This document shows, piece after piece, positions 24,188-38,202 of a stretch of 64,000 nucleotides of DNA. Source of the stretch: Callorhinchus milii. Its lineage: Eukaryota. The notes beneath the pieces are model-generated. The model saw only the letters and a list, made by a program, of their open reading frames with translations. It searched no databases and was not told the DNA's origin. The position numbers and the translations under genes are program-made. The stretch lies in contig NW_024704742.1 of NCBI RefSeq assembly GCF_018977255.1, forward strand, positions 123,444,001 through 123,508,000, given 5' to 3'. The stretch's first letter is position 1; each line of letters opens with the position of its first letter.

Positions 24188-25966
24188 TCAATGTTAACTT
24201 TTGTTGAATACAGATCTTGTGACAGTAACTTGCATTTGTACAGCACACCCTACGCAGGGTAACATCCCAGAACGCTTGAAATGAAATTGAAAGTAATGAA
24301 ACTGTGACAATTTGAATTCATATAGTGCCCTTCACGTAGGATAACTTGAGAAGCACTTCACTATGGCACGGTCAAACTCTGAGCAAGGGAGATTCATAGA
24401 AATTTACAGACCAGAAGGCTTTTGGCCCATCGAGTCTACACCAGCTCTCAGAGCAAACTGTCATCCATTCAATCCCACAGTTATTCATTCAATCCCAATA
24501 AAGGTGGTGACCAAAGTGATAAGATTTTAAAATGTGATTTTAAGACAGACTGAGAGGGGAAAGAGGTGGAGAGATAGAGGCAGCAAGTTCTGGAGGCTAG
24601 TTGAGAGAGTCAAAGGTTCAGCCACCAATATGACAGAATAAACTGAATACAGATTTCAAATTATAGGAAAAGCTGCCAGATCTCATTGGTGCAATAGAGC
24701 ATTGCAATTAATATTACAGTCCTGGGCAACAATCCACTTGTAAAAAAAGTATTTGAAACCATTAACACCCCAAAATATAGCAATAGAACAGAACGCTGCA
24801 TAAAACAATTTTAACAGAAGGATTATGGTTGAGAAACCTGATGGGCATGGAAGACTCCATGACTCAACACCCTCTCTCCTGTAGTATTATACAACACCCT
24901 AGGGCACATTAAGCCAATAATGCTCATTGAGAATGCAAATTCCTCTCGTAACCTAGAGGGAAATGTGTGGAATTTTACAGTCAATTGTGTTAAATTTAAT
25001 CTGCCACCACTAAACATGAAATTAAAGGGCTTTGGGCAGGGGGGATATTTACGTTTTTTTAAAAAACAAGTCAAAGAAGATTACTTCTGAAATGTAGCCA
25101 AAGTTATAGCGTTTTGTTTTTCACAGCCCGCATAAATTTGTATGCCCTAGTAAGGACATCAACAAATGGAACACTACAAACTGAAAAAACATCTTGTAAA
25201 TATAATACATATTCCATGTGAAATTTCTGCTTACCACCATAGCACACATGCTGGAGGAAAACTGAGGAATACTATGACCTGCAAATAAAAGGTTTACCAT
25301 AAAGAGAGCAAGTTGCTTGTTTACTCCTCAACTGGCCTATTTAATCCTATTTTTTAAATATAGACATTTAATTAGAATCAGAAAGTGCTGAGACTTCAGT
25401 GTGGCCACAAATGCAGACTAAGATCCTTCAAAGGTGAGGATCTGTGAAGATTTTAATAGTCAAAATAAGATCCCATTTGGTGCGTGTGATCCTACCATTT
25501 GCAAGTCACATTTACCAGAATGTATGTGAATCATCTAGATCAAAAATATAGTCATCTAAAGCCCTTTGTTCTGCTGTGCACTTAAAAAGTATTCTTATTA
25601 CATTCATAACACAAGATGCAGTATAGAGTAACACGTGAATTTACAAGTGGAGACCTATTCTGAGAAGTGACAGCACTGAAATATTTTGCTGCTCTTTGTC
25701 TATGATTACCAGGCAGTTTCCAGAATTTGTGATGTGTTAGGTAACTCTATAAGGTGTTAAAACCATTATTAATATGTAGGTCTCCAGCATGTAACATTTG
25801 TTAGGAATGGGGGAAGTGATGTGAAAATAAGATTTCCAATTCATTTTTTTTAATAAGACTAGGCTTTTTAAAAAATATATCGACTTGACCAAGATGGCCC
25901 ACTTTTGAGGGCTACAAGACAGCTTGGACAGACAGGAATGAGTGAAGAGGAAACAAACCACCTTAC

Positions 25967-26066
25967 CCATGAATACTAGTTGTTGGGAAATTTTCTTGAC
26001 AAAGAAAAGCAGCGAGGAAATCAGCCTTTCTTTTGGTGTCGACAAAAACCATAGTACGTTCAATAC
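25967..26066 (-). CDS. ddx4: DDX4 coding exon 16 ([34 protein letters not shown]; motif IV)
   Basis: Hand translation; ttttacag acceptor, gtaagg donor; 100 nt. Confidence 0.97.
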
Positions 26067-26209
26067 CTGTAAAATACTAGGAAGTATTAGCTTAAAGAAA
26101 AAACACATAGTGGTACATCTTAAACAGGTTGTGTGCCTGACCACACGGCTCTTGCTACCTATTTTTATGGTGGAGAATACAATTCATTGCAATATTCTGG
26201 TACAATGTT

Positions 26210-26590
26210 GTGGAGTCCTGGAGATCAGTGGTTAGAGCACTTGCCTCGCAAGTGAGAGACTTGGGTTCTATTCCCGACAGGCCAAAATGTTGGGCAGTTT
26301 CTTTACTCCACACGCTTCTATTTACCCAACAGTAAGTAGGAACCCGGTTGTTAGTCGATTTGCGGTTCGTTTTTCCAGGGATAATAATTCAACAAAAAAA
26401 GTAATAATAATGTGGTCACTCAATCCACAACTGTTCGTGGGACACTGCTGTGCGCAATTGGCTGCCACAATTTGCCCACAAATATACAGTCAATTCACTT
26501 TACAATATATTTTGGGACGCGCTTTCAGAAATGTAGAAGATGTGAAAACGCTATATCAAATGCAAGGATTAGTATTATTTTACTATTATT
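26210..26590 (+). mobile_element. Young tRNA SINE, full length, antisense in a ddx4 intron
   Basis: Family match. Confidence 0.9.
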
Positions 26591-27219
26591 GATGTATGAG
26601 GAAGGTCTAATATTATTAGATCAGCCAGGGTGCTACATAGGTCTGTGTCCAGGTTGAAGGAGGATAAGGCCCTGATCACTAGTTGGTGCAGGCGTTCATT
26701 ATCCACGCAAGAAACTCATTACAAAATGCAAAAATCTCCATCATATTTCTTCACTGGTCTCCCTTCCTTCACAATTCCACCTTGTGCATTACAGCAAATA
26801 GGGACAACACCTACTGCTGATTCTCCTGAAGCATCTAGCCCTCTAGATGCAAAGAGATTGTAAGCGAGATACAAATGGACTCGTATTTATTTTTGATTTT
26901 AAATGGGGTGGAGGGGGGGAAAGAAAAGAAAAAGGGGATTTTATATTATATATCTAAAACCAGATGATTCAAATTATATCCAAATAGTAAAATCAAATTT
27001 GTGGTAAATCTGTGAGATATGATGTACTCATTTGTACATCAAATAGACTGCAGTATTTCTTTATGACCGATGGAACTTTAATCACAATGGGTGTCAAAAA
27101 ATTATGACAGAGGACAACCACCTCACTTTCAGATTAAAATATGAAGTCATTTGACACAGTTATCAAATTATTAGGTTAACCCACACCCCCCCCAACCCCA
27201 TATAAATACCCACTCTCAC

Positions 27220-27365
27220 CAATGTTAGTCAGGATTTCAATCAGTTTATTCCGTTTGGAATACTGGTCCACTTGCAGGATGGTCTGGTGCACATCACCAC
27301 AGGCTCCTCCAACTTGACCAACAGCGAGGAACAAGTAATCCGTCTTCATAAAATCCGCAGCCATC
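27220..27365 (-). CDS. ddx4: DDX4 coding exon 15 (RMAADFMKTDYLFLAVGQVGGACGDV...ILTNIG)
   Basis: ORF track; ttttaag acceptor, gtgaga donor; 146 nt. Confidence 0.97.
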
Positions 27366-29291
27366 CTTAAAATTTCACAACAAATGTCACTCGTTTCGAG
27401 ACATTTAAGCCGAGCTGAGTTTCACGTAAACAATTAATATCGATATAGCACCTTTCAAATCAGGGGTTGCTTCAAAGCACTTCATTCATTCGACCAGCCA
27501 GGAGTTCGAGCGGGGTGATGGTGGTGGTGTGGGGGTGAGGCGGGGAGGGGGGGGGAGAGGGGCAAGGTGCAGAATAGCACAAAGAAACTGTCTTAAGATG
27601 CGTTTCGCCACAAAACAGTCACTACACTTACAAGTGTATCCTGTGAAGTGCTTTGAGATGTCTCGACAACGTGTTAAGGTAATATATCAAATGCAAGGAT
27701 TATTATAATTTTTAATGGCAAAGAAGCAAGGACGAGGCAGAGGTTCGTCAGGATGAATTTTCATTGAGCGGAGTCAGATCGGCTCATGGCTCACCCACCT
27801 GAGGGTGGGGGACTGTGAACCCAGCCAGTGTTTGCTAGGCAGAGGGAGCAGTTGGAGCTGTAAAGTCCCTAGAGATCGCCAAGGCAGGCTGGGAGAGGCC
27901 ACAGAGGCAAACAAATACAAGGACAAGAATCTTGAAATTGATTCAGGGAAGGGCCTGAGGAATAGAGTAGGGATGTGGTACAGGAGAGGACATGGAATTC
28001 TGGATGGTCTTCAGCTTGCACAGGGAGGAGTTAGGGAGCCCGGTGAACAAGGAGTTTAGGTAGTTGAGGCCAAAGGTGATCCAGTGGCTTGGAATATCCT
28101 CCTAATGTGAAAGGCGTTATATATAAAAGCAATTTGTTGTTGTTTCTTGTAGCTTTATCGGAGCCGCAGAATGTTTCAAAGTTACTTTTGATTTGTCCTT
28201 CAAATTTGCAATTTCTGTGAAGTCTTTATCCATCAATCCAAAATCCACACTGATGGCTTATGTGATCAGACATATTTGACACCAGCAGTGTGCGGCCTCC
28301 AACCCTAAAAAAAAACACTTTTCAACTCTCCCAGCACTTGAATTAAGCAACATCACTCCCAATACAGTATTGATACCCAATTTGGGGTTGTTGTGATTTT
28401 GCTGCAATAAAGGCACAACTGCCTTCATGCAACTTTGCTACATTCTGAAACGAGTCCAAACTCACCATAATTTGAAAAACAAGTTTTCACCATGCAGCAC
28501 TCTGTGTATTCTTGCCCCTTATTGTGTCCTGCATTAATGATCTCTGAATTGTGTCTAAAATTAAGTCTATTCAATTCAACTACATTCACAGTTCCCAGTT
28601 TACAGCCTTATCAACTAATTACATTTTATTATACTTTGCATTAGTCTTTGTATAGAATGCGAACTTGCATTATCTCTTCAATGAATCAAGAATATGCATC
28701 CAGTTGCCTCAAGCTTTAATTTGTTCATTTCCAGTGACTTGGGATGTCCCCCCAATGCGAAGGGCACTATACGAATGTATGTGAAATTCCCCTGGTCTTA
28801 GATTCAATATTTATACAGCATTTTAGAGCACTCGGAATTTGGCAAATTGTTGAATTCAGCCGACTTTGAAGTTGGCTTTCTGTAGTTCTTATAAGAAACA
28901 GAAAGCTTGCTTCAAGATCAAGGCTATGTTTAAAGAATTTACTAAATATTGGATGTTTGAAATATTACATAAATAGAATAAATCTAGACCCACACGGAAC
29001 TTCTCCGCAATGGTATTTTTGTTCCGACATTTATTCATTCCATTTTCTGCATCACCAAACTTATAAGGGATTGGAAAACAACGCTGATTTTGCCTACGAT
29101 ATGATTCTTCCGCAGAATAGAGCTCAGCCAACCAAAACAGCCATCCACCTACAGGCTGGGTTACCATGGATTTTTGGATTAAAAGATTAAAAGCAATGAA
29201 TTGGATTAAAACCAATGATTTGGATTAAAACCAAGCCAGAGGAAGAAAATGACCACATAGCGACTCAAAATATTTCCGTTTTTTTCATTTA

Positions 29292-29459
<168 letters not shown>

Positions 29460-29991
29460 CTACAAACAATGTAAGGCAGTACTATGTCACCATATGAATG
29501 GAAAAGCTTTCAAACTGTAGTGGTGAATCAATAAACCTCAACCAGTACCATAACCCCACCCATGCAAAAATAAATACTTGGCAAAATAACCAGTATAATT
29601 ATTGTTTAAAGGAAACATTTAACACTGGGTTCCAACCAGTGCTTTTCTGCAGCTGTAAGTAAACCTAGTCAATTTCACCCTCATTCACCCACAAAATAGC
29701 AGTCACACCATTTTCCTGTGAAGCGCTTCCGAGACAGACGTGAAAAGACGCTATATCAAATGGAAATTTATAATTTCCCCCCAATCCTCTTACACCAGCA
29801 CACTGAAGATCAGAAATGTAAACTGTGCTGAGTTTACTGATCTGAGCTTTGCCAAATGGCCTTAACATCCTGTGCTATAGGGAGGACAGGGAAGGAAAAA
29901 TAAACAACCCATATATCTGTCAGTGAGAAACAGGCTCAGATACTATGTTCCTCAATATAAGCTTCCAACTCGAGTTTGTACGCTGTCTTGG

Positions 29992-30984
29992 TGTTAGAAT
30001 ATACACTTTTTGTATACTGTTAGAATCATAATAGATGTTGTGAATGGGTTACCTTTTAAGTTAAGTGTGGGGGACAACTGGGATAGGACAGACATGGGAT
30101 AGGACACATCTAGTTTTCTCTGTTTTTGAAAGAATAACAGACAGGGGCAGGGGGTCACCTCTTATCAGTAAATGACAACAAGCCACAGAGGTAACGGTCC
30201 AAGGTACCAGTCGACACAGGATCTCGACTGAGCAATAAGTCGCTAGATTCTGACACGGCCAAGCGACAGAAGGCAACCCTCAAGAATAGCAACTAATGAG
30301 CAAGTTGCTTAAACTAGAGGACCTTGGTACCATCCCGGGATACTGATAAGAAATAACCAGTCACTTAAAAGGAATGTACTAATGATCCCACACCACAAAA
30401 TAATGAGCACCAGATACAGCCCTAAACTGATCAATCCTCTATCTTAGACAATTAGATCAGATAACAGGGGTCCTAAGGACAATGTGTATGTGGGCTGAGG
30501 TACGTACACCCAGCATGATTTCGACCAGGTGATCTAATGTCCGCACCAAGATTGGACGAACATCAGTATAAGAGTTCCGTTAACTTTGTGTACGGGGCCG
30601 TCCCGGGTCGTGGAGACAAGGATACGGTAGATGGGATCGTCCCGGGTCGCGGAGACAAGGATACGGGAGATGGGGCCATCCCGGGCTGCGGAGACAAGGG
30701 TACGGAGATGGAAGACTGAGAGCTAGAAACACTAAGACTGAGGATATCAGATGGAAGATTGAAAGCTGTAAGCAAGACTGAAAGCATGAAGAATCAAGCT
30801 TGTGTGCTGTAAAGACAGTGTTGAACTCTTGAACTCGAGATATCTATAGTGGTGTTATTCTGTTATAAGATCTGTTGATTGTACCGGCCTTTGGTCTGAC
30901 CCATCGGGATATTGGGGAATAACGAACGAATAATAATAAAACAGTCTGATATCTGGTTAGAGGAATTAGCGTCATTTCCTTACA
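29992..30984 (+). mobile_element. Putative solo LTR (left boundary uncertain, 29918-30018)
   Basis: TG...TTACA ends; ATTGG 30551, TATAAG 30567, AATAAA 30935; internal 39-bp repeats; CpG retained; no TSD confirmed. Confidence 0.6.
30594..30709 (+). repeat. 39-bp tandem repeat x3 (GGGGCCGTCCCGGGTCGTGGAGACAAGGATACGGTAGAT-like)
   Basis: Units at 30594, 30633 and 30672. Confidence 0.95.
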
Positions 30985-31839
30985 GATTTGGCTGATTTTA
31001 TTTTCGTACGTTGGTTCAGTCAGTAGCACTCTCGCCTCTGGGTCAGAAAGCTGTGAGTTCAAAGCCCACGAAACAAATGAGCTCGTCACTGTGAGCACTT
31101 GTCCAGCTAGGACCACCCTACCTGTTGGAGCATTGGCTTGCAGGATTAACAAGCTGAATGGGAAAAATCTTTGCCCTCAGTGACTAGTGGTAATGAGCCA
31201 GATTGGCTGCACGGAGACTTGTGAAGGGCACTATATAAATGCAAGTTGTTGCTGGCAGCCAACAGCAGTGGCCTGGAATAATACAAACCCACCAGGGACA
31301 CTACCAAGACTGCTACAGGAGAAAGACACGATTCTGACATTTTGCTATAAAGCATGTCAACTTTGAGCCGGTTCAGCTTCAAGGAGACTTTAACCTCCTC
31401 TCCCCACTCGGTGCAAGTCCAATTTACATTTTACATAAACTTTGTGAAGCACATGAGACAGTGAATGTTAGATACTAATTAAAAGACCTTTCTTCCCCCC
31501 CCCCCATATCATGTGAACCTCCTCACAGTTGCCTGTGGAAACAAATCAAAATATTTTCATTAAGAAATTAATAGGCCAAGCTAACTAAGTTTAGTTCCAG
31601 GGCTTTCAAGTTAATACAAGCCCCATATCTTCCCCGCAAACTAGAACTACTAACAATTATCAAAAATTGAAATGCCAGTACCAGGCTGCTCCTCTCCCAC
31701 AAAGTCAGAAAAGTGGAGAGATACAGTTGTGATTCTTTCTTTCTCTTGCTTCACCCCCATATATAGACTTTAGTAGTGTATAGCTGTCAATTCATAGAAC
31801 ATTTGCACACGTTGAAGGCATTATAAAACAAACACTTAC

Positions 31840-31969
31840 TTTTCCTTTAGAGATGATATCAAGGAGCCTTCCTGGGGTACCACACAACACATTACAACCT
31901 TGCAAAACCTGACGGATTTGATGTCCTGTACTGGTTCCCCCATAAACTACAACAGGTCGAATAATAGTT
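31840..31969 (-). CDS. ddx4: DDX4 coding exon 13: RPVVVYGG...[15 protein letters not shown] (GG doublet, TPGR motif)
   Basis: Hand translation; ttgcag acceptor, gtaagt donor; 130 nt. Confidence 0.97.
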
Positions 31970-32747
31970 CTGCAATATTAAAAGAAAACACAATAAGTTG
32001 ATACAACTACAAGTCGAAGATTGATGTTGAGGGGAAACGATACACTGATTTTAAACAAAGGTCTTTCTACAAAGCACACATTACAATAAATTTGAGGTTT
32101 GTACTTTTAAAAAGAAAGGACAATGTTTCTTGGAACTAAAACGGCTACCCAAATTATTTGATGAATTCTCCCCACCCCTCCCCTAGAACTATAAAAGGGA
32201 AAAGCTTACAGTAAAGTCTGCATGGTTAAACACAACCCAATCCTCCACACACCTGCTTCAAATGCCAAAGAAACGGCAAGATTACACTGCATTAACTAAG
32301 TTACAGAAATCAGCAATAAATCGGTATTTAGAAACATTCAAATCCATCCTTTGCATTCACCATTACTATTCAAAAATACTGCAAACACAGATGCATACAT
32401 GAGGAAGGAAGGAATAGAGGGGAGTGGAGGGGGGGGATGAAATTGTTCGATTGTACTTCATATGAACCTCTATACTTATTGGGCCAAATGGTCCGTTTCG
32501 GTGCTGTAGATTCTATGTACGATACAGCTGTGTCTCACAACACGGTTTGGGTTCCATTAATTTACAACCTGTGTCTATAACAAGGCGCAAAAGCTATTTT
32601 CACATCAGTCACCTCACTCCCCCACATGCTGAGCTGGTTCCTGCACTAAGGAAGTGACAGCAGCAGCAGCATCCAGCAAGAAGCAAGCGCAGAGAATGGG
32701 GCCCACAGTGCAACATAAAACAAATATTTTTTTAAATAAAAACTTAC

Positions 32748-32902
32748 CCAAAGGAAAACTTCCTCGCTTCTAAATATATCTGATTGATCAGTTCACGTGT
32801 TGGAGCCACAATTACTACTTCTGGCTCCTGTAGTTCCTTGAATTGACTGGCTGCTACATCCCCTCTCATCAGCATTTCTAGTATTGGCAATAGGAAAGCG
32901 GC
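32748..32902 (-). CDS. ddx4: DDX4 coding exon 12: AAFLLPIL...[20 protein letters not shown] (motif Ia)
   Basis: Hand translation; ttacag acceptor, gtaagt donor; 155 nt. Confidence 0.97.
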
Positions 32903-33296
32903 CTGTAACGATCATAAAGCAAAAAAATCACTTAAAAAAGTTTCCCATTCTCAAATCCAGAGACCACAAGACAATGGCAACCCACCCTTTGATGCTTTGT
33001 CACCCAGATTTATTTTCAAACCTAAAATGAGATAGTAATCTACTTGAACAACCAAAGCAAGTGTCCTTTCTGGATGTCGACATAAGAATTTTGGGCAATG
33101 AGGGTCGTTATTTCTAGAAATGCCTTAGCATCCCTCACCCCCCACAACCCAGGATGCTGAGGCTAATCTAGAAATACACAGCCATTTATCAACAGTCACA
33201 TGGTGGATTTACCAGTAAATTAACAGATTTGGATACAAAGTGACAATTATCCAATTTCACAATTAGTTACAGTTTTCACTTCCCATTTCTACTCAC

Positions 33297-33449
33297 TGTT
33301 TTTCCAGAACCCGTTTGAGCACAAGCCATCAAGTCCCGGCCAGCAAGTACGATTGGTACACCATGCTTCTGAACCGGTGTAGGCTTCAGGTATCCTGCCT
33401 TACTTATATTTTTATTCAAGGTTTCACACAGATGCGCTTCTGCAAATGT
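33297..33449 (-). CDS. ddx4: DDX4 coding exon 11: Q motif (GYLKPTPVQ) and motif I (AQTGSGKT)
   Basis: Translation in ORF track; ttccag acceptor, gtgagt donor; 153 nt. Confidence 0.98.
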
Positions 33450-34438
33450 CTGGAACAAAAGCAGTCAGGTGCATTTTTGTTATTTTGGAACATTTTGCAG
33501 ACTGCAATTGCACAGCATTATAGGATTTACTCTAAGTAAGGTTTTATACACACACGTGTCACATTCTCCAATGGAAAACATGCAAGGTACAAAGTTTCAC
33601 CCACAAAATATACAGTCAATTCACTTCGCAGTATATTCTGTGAAGCGCTTTAATACCTCTCAACAATGTGATAGGGCGCTATAACAAATGCAAGGATTAT
33701 TATTATTAAAACTTCTGAGCAGGGCATATGGATAGAGAATAGATATGATTATTCAGTCCACTAAACATTGGATTCATGATCCATAAAAATTCAGAAAAAG
33801 AGAGGGAGAGTAGGACAACCTTTTTGTGCAAAACAGTGTAAGCATTTTCATAGTACAAAATTAATAGGCGCTGAATTTTGCACTTTTTTTAAAAAATTGT
33901 TGTATAAGGCTACCAAAAAAAGCAAATTTTAGACAAATGCAGCGCTGTTAATTCACTAAAATATTTACAATAGTGATTTGGAAATTATGTTCACTGTGAG
34001 AACTAAAATAGTGGCCTGAATAGTTAGTTGCCCCATGACTAAAGCTTCTGCAAAGTGAAGCTCTTGTATTCTCCTGAATGCTGAATCAGGGAGCATTCTC
34101 AGTACAACAGAACAGTTGTTCTCAGTACAACTTTCTATCCCAAAAAGATGCAGAGCTTCCTAGTTCCAGAAATGCCAAGTATTTAGTGCCTGTCTCCAAA
34201 GCAGACAATTAATTCACACAGTTCATTATAAAATCGCCACAAGAAAAGGCTACTCACAATTTGCAAAGTTCAATATTTAAAGCCGGATGCAGCTGACCCT
34301 AATTTTCCAAGGGTCTAGATTTCCTCACAGATAGCACATTTCTCAACAGATGAAAGAAGCAATAGTCACAAGGGACTGATATGATTCTTACAGTAAACTA
34401 GGCTCTAATTTACTCATTTCTATGAACTCAATACCAAC

Positions 34439-34581
34439 CAGGATTGCAGATGGAACATTGAATCCAGATACGTCAACAAGGATTTCATCATATTTATCAA
34501 AGTTAATACCAGTCTGATAGGGAGCAAAAATGGCACTTTCTTCTTCGGGTGGAGGCGGTGGAACATAGGTCACTTTGGGGG
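34439..34581 (-). CDS. ddx4: DDX4 coding exon 10 ([47 protein letters not shown])
   Basis: Vasa-diagnostic [10 protein letters not shown] and GINFDKYD; 143 nt; AG/GT boundaries. Confidence 0.97.
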
Positions 34582-34678
34582 CTTCAAAGAAATAGATTAA
34601 TCAGGTTTGCATTAATGTCAAGGTCTCATAACACACAGAATAACATCCCTTAAGCACAATAGAAAGGAGAAGTATATA

Positions 34679-35439
34679 CAGTAGAACCTAACTAATCAGG
34701 CAAAGGTGACCTACTTAGTGAGGTGACCCGATTACTGAAACAGGTCGGGTGATTCAGGTCACTGATGTAATGTTAAGAGCATTGGTAATGGTCAAGGCTG
34801 ATGAACGTTCACTAACAATACTTTATAATCTCATTATAAATAAAGACATTGTCACATTTAACACAAAAGCTGTCATGTATTAGCCTTCCTTTTGAGAATG
34901 CATCCAACTTGTGTTCTGCTAATGTACATAGATCACAGCTACTGTCTTATGACTTTTGCTCTTACTGTGTTTGATTAAGTCCATTCTCTCATGTAAGGAC
35001 AACTCCTTCCGTGGTGGCGTGTTTACAGCACTTACTAAGAATTAGCAACAGGAGCTCAGGTTAGGCCACAGGAATCGGGTAAAGTCAATTTCCCGTTGGT
35101 GCCATTTCTACGATCCCAATACTCCCCGCACTGCGAATCCGCAATCGGAGCCCCCTCCACCCACAGTAGCAGCGTCGAGGAAACAGCGTGAGAAGCCTGT
35201 GGCCTAGCCCACTGTGTACTGTACAGGTTAGTAGCAGAGGGGGGTGTTTGTACTGTGTTTGAAGCGAAGGAGGGCGCTGTAGCGGTCGCAATCAATGACC
35301 ATTATCCTGAATAGTGAAGTGCCCGGTTTACTGAAGCCAACAGCCTATCTTTTAGTGTAGACCATGAAAGAGAATGAAAATGTGCCCGCAATTGTAGGCG
35401 GCTGGATTACCAAGGCGACTGCAAACTGGGTTTCCACTG
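34679..35439. mobile_element. Non-autonomous Tc1/mariner-pogo (Tigger-like) DNA transposon relic
   Basis: TA|CAGTAGAACC ... GGTTTCCACTG|TA: short imperfect TIRs with TA flanks; no transposase ORF. Confidence 0.55.
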
Positions 35440-36429
35440 TATATTAAAAAAAATCACATGCAAAAAGCTGAGGCACATCAAAGTGCATTGTGAAATAGTT
35501 TGTGCTAAATACCCTCTCAATTACCCCCAGACACACACACACACACACCCCAGTCAGTCTCGCTGAACTGGCAGACAGTCTGAGAGCTAGACAAGAACAA
35601 GGGGAGGAGAGGGAGCAGGAACAAGCCGTTCTCAGATAACTACGAAGACCCAGGCAAAAAAAAACATCAGGTCATCAATGCTCCCCCACATAAAAAAAAA
35701 TCTTGGTAAGGAATATATCGGGCCTGATGAATATTTTAATAAGATTTGTTTCTAATACCATTTTATACACGTAAAACAGCCATATATACAGGATCTCACC
35801 ATGGGATCTACACCAAAAAAAAGTTATGAATTACCAAAGCTATAAGAGAAGTTCCACCATTATGTAGTGTGTTAGATGCTAGTTTCTATGTATATATAAG
35901 AAAATACAGGTGTTCTTTAAAATGCAATTGAAGGATTACCGATGATTCCTGAATGCCTTCTTTTGGTTAATTAATATAATTTACAGTAATCTATAATCCT
36001 CTAATCACCTTTAGGCATCAGCCTGCCTCAACTTGTACCAATCTTGCCTCAGTTGCAAGATTGAGGGTTCAAGCACGTTGAGACTTGAAAGTCGCTATGC
36101 AGAATGACAGCCAAAACATTTATTCACCATTTTGAGGAACTAAATCACTCTGCGACCATTAATTCCCTACCCCCCCCCACTTCTTTCCCCAGGGCACAAA
36201 CCAAGCGAAAAGCCGCTTCTAGCCTCAGGTTCAATTATTTGGGAGACTTTATCTATCACTTAATTTGCTGCTCAGAAGCCAGAAAGGTCCAGCTAATTCT
36301 ATACCTTAAATGTAAGTGGTATTCACATGAAAATTAATATGAAATGGGAAGTTAAATGAATGAAAACCATATCTACCTTAAAAGCCAACACAAGACCTGA
36401 ACAACCAGGTCTTTGAAAATGAGTTTTAC

Positions 36430-36474
36430 CTTGGTTTTTATTGTTGCCTTCAGAATCAGTTGAATTCCAAGGAG
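36430..36474 (-). CDS. ddx4: DDX4 coding exon 9 (APWNSTDSEGNNKNQ)
   Basis: tttctatttag acceptor, AAG|gtaaaa donor, 45 nt phase 1-1. Confidence 0.85.
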
Positions 36475-37637
36475 CTAAATAGAAACAGGGTTAACAATGT
36501 ATTTAGAAAGACATTAATGAAGTAATTATTTTAGTGGATGCGAGAGACAGGAGAAAAGAAAGCTACATAGACGTTTTTGATCACTTGGAGAAGGCACAGA
36601 CACAGTGGGCCGAATGACCTCCTTCTGTGCTGTATAATTCTATGATTTCATTACCATGCTTGAGTTTCCAAATAATACAAGTTGCACATATGTACATCAC
36701 CTAAAGGTAGAATGGACCTTGGGCTTTTGTCATCCAGGATTTCTTATGTTCTTATATCTTGCAGAAGCCGACCAGAAAGAGATTGATCTGCTCCTCCAAA
36801 TCTACCAAGGATCTAGGCTAGCTGGTCTGTCCTCACCAGGGCCTTGGAATACGGAGGACCAGCCTGGCTCAGGAACGTCACTGGAGACTGTCATAAAAGG
36901 TTGACTCAATTCTGACGTTCCATTACCAAGCACCTCACCTTAAGGTCAGCTCAGTCCCAAGGTCCCACTTACCATCCCATCCCCATGAGGATTAGATAAA
37001 CCAAACACACACACACAATTTGGCAATTTAATGTTGCTGTGATTGTATAAAGTTTTACTGAGAGCTAGAATATTTCACTCAACTAAGTTGGGAAAAGTTA
37101 CATAAAATTGCAACTTTTTATATTTCTTCCCAGTTTGACAATATAACCTCCCTCCCCACCTCTATAAGCAGCCTGTAGAGACTGGGGCATCTTTTCTAAT
37201 CTCCTACCCCTCCCCGCCTTCCTTAGCTCCTGCATGTCCAGATCGGGCTTCCATTATGTAAAACTTTTCAAGGTGTTCTCCTGACGTGGAAAGGATGAAC
37301 AAAAAAGATTATCTGTAGGTCCTCCTAGAGCTGGACCAGTGGGAGTGATCCAACAGCTCTCCGACTCACTGTCCTTTCTCCAGTGTCCAGCATGAATGAG
37401 GGACTACTTTTTTTTAAAAAATGGTAGAAATACATATGCAGTGCTGGAAAATGGTAGTAAATGATTACAACGGCATTTTCTGGCACCACATATGCATTTA
37501 TTGCATTAGGGGCATTGTAATTACACTTAGCTCTCCTTCCACACACTCCACCCATTAATCTGGCCAGCCAGGTTTAACTATAAATAAATGTATAATACAA
37601 CTAGTTTTTGTACACCACCACCTCTCTTTGTACTAAC

Positions 37638-37694
37638 CTCTCAGTTTAGGATTAGACCCTGAAAAGATGTCTTCATTTCTACCTCTATAACCAC
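37638..37694 (-). CDS. ddx4: DDX4 coding exon 8 (GGYRGRNEDIFSGSNPKLR)
   Basis: Resembles the conserved vertebrate Vasa GGY[KR]GxNE[ED] motif; ttgcag acceptor, G|gttagt donor; 57 nt. Confidence 0.9.
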
Positions 37695-37958
37695 CTGCAA
37701 TTCAATCATTGAACTGATTAATTCCTGAAGTTTTTTTTAAAAAAATACAATAGTAAGGCGTGATATACACAAGGCAATCCGAAATGATCAAATCAGATAA
37801 AATTAGTGATACACATTGATGTTACTAATGTATGTGGATCTTGGTATCAGCAAAAGGAAGAAAAAGCAGTTTGAAAATCGGATAATAGCCGCTGTGACAG
37901 CCATTTCTCACCCAGTCAAATAAAAATAATAAACACTAAAACACTCCAAAAATCTCAC

Positions 37959-38024
37959 CTCTTATTCCAGATGTACTAGAGAATCCACCTCTTCCACAAC
38001 TTGAACTAAATCCACTCCCATCAC
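37959..38024 (-). CDS. ddx4: DDX4 coding exon 7 (GDGSGFSSSCGRGGFSSTSGIR)
   Basis: ttatttctag acceptor, G|gtgaga donor, 66 nt phase 1-1, RGG/GF motif. Confidence 0.88.
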
Positions 38025-38202
38025 CTAGAAATAATATAGAACATGGTATCTTATAACTACACATGTTGATATGCAGTTCTACAATACTATCAGAAACCCT
38101 TGGTGACTTTCTTACTCCCGCACCGCCCTCCCACCCCCAAATGTAGTCCCCTACCACAGATCTAGCATACAACTATGGATCGAAGCTGGAACACAATAAA
38201 AA

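Noticed and set aside
30594..30709. CRISPR-like array
   Set aside because: Tandem units with no unique spacers, eukaryotic context, no cas genes
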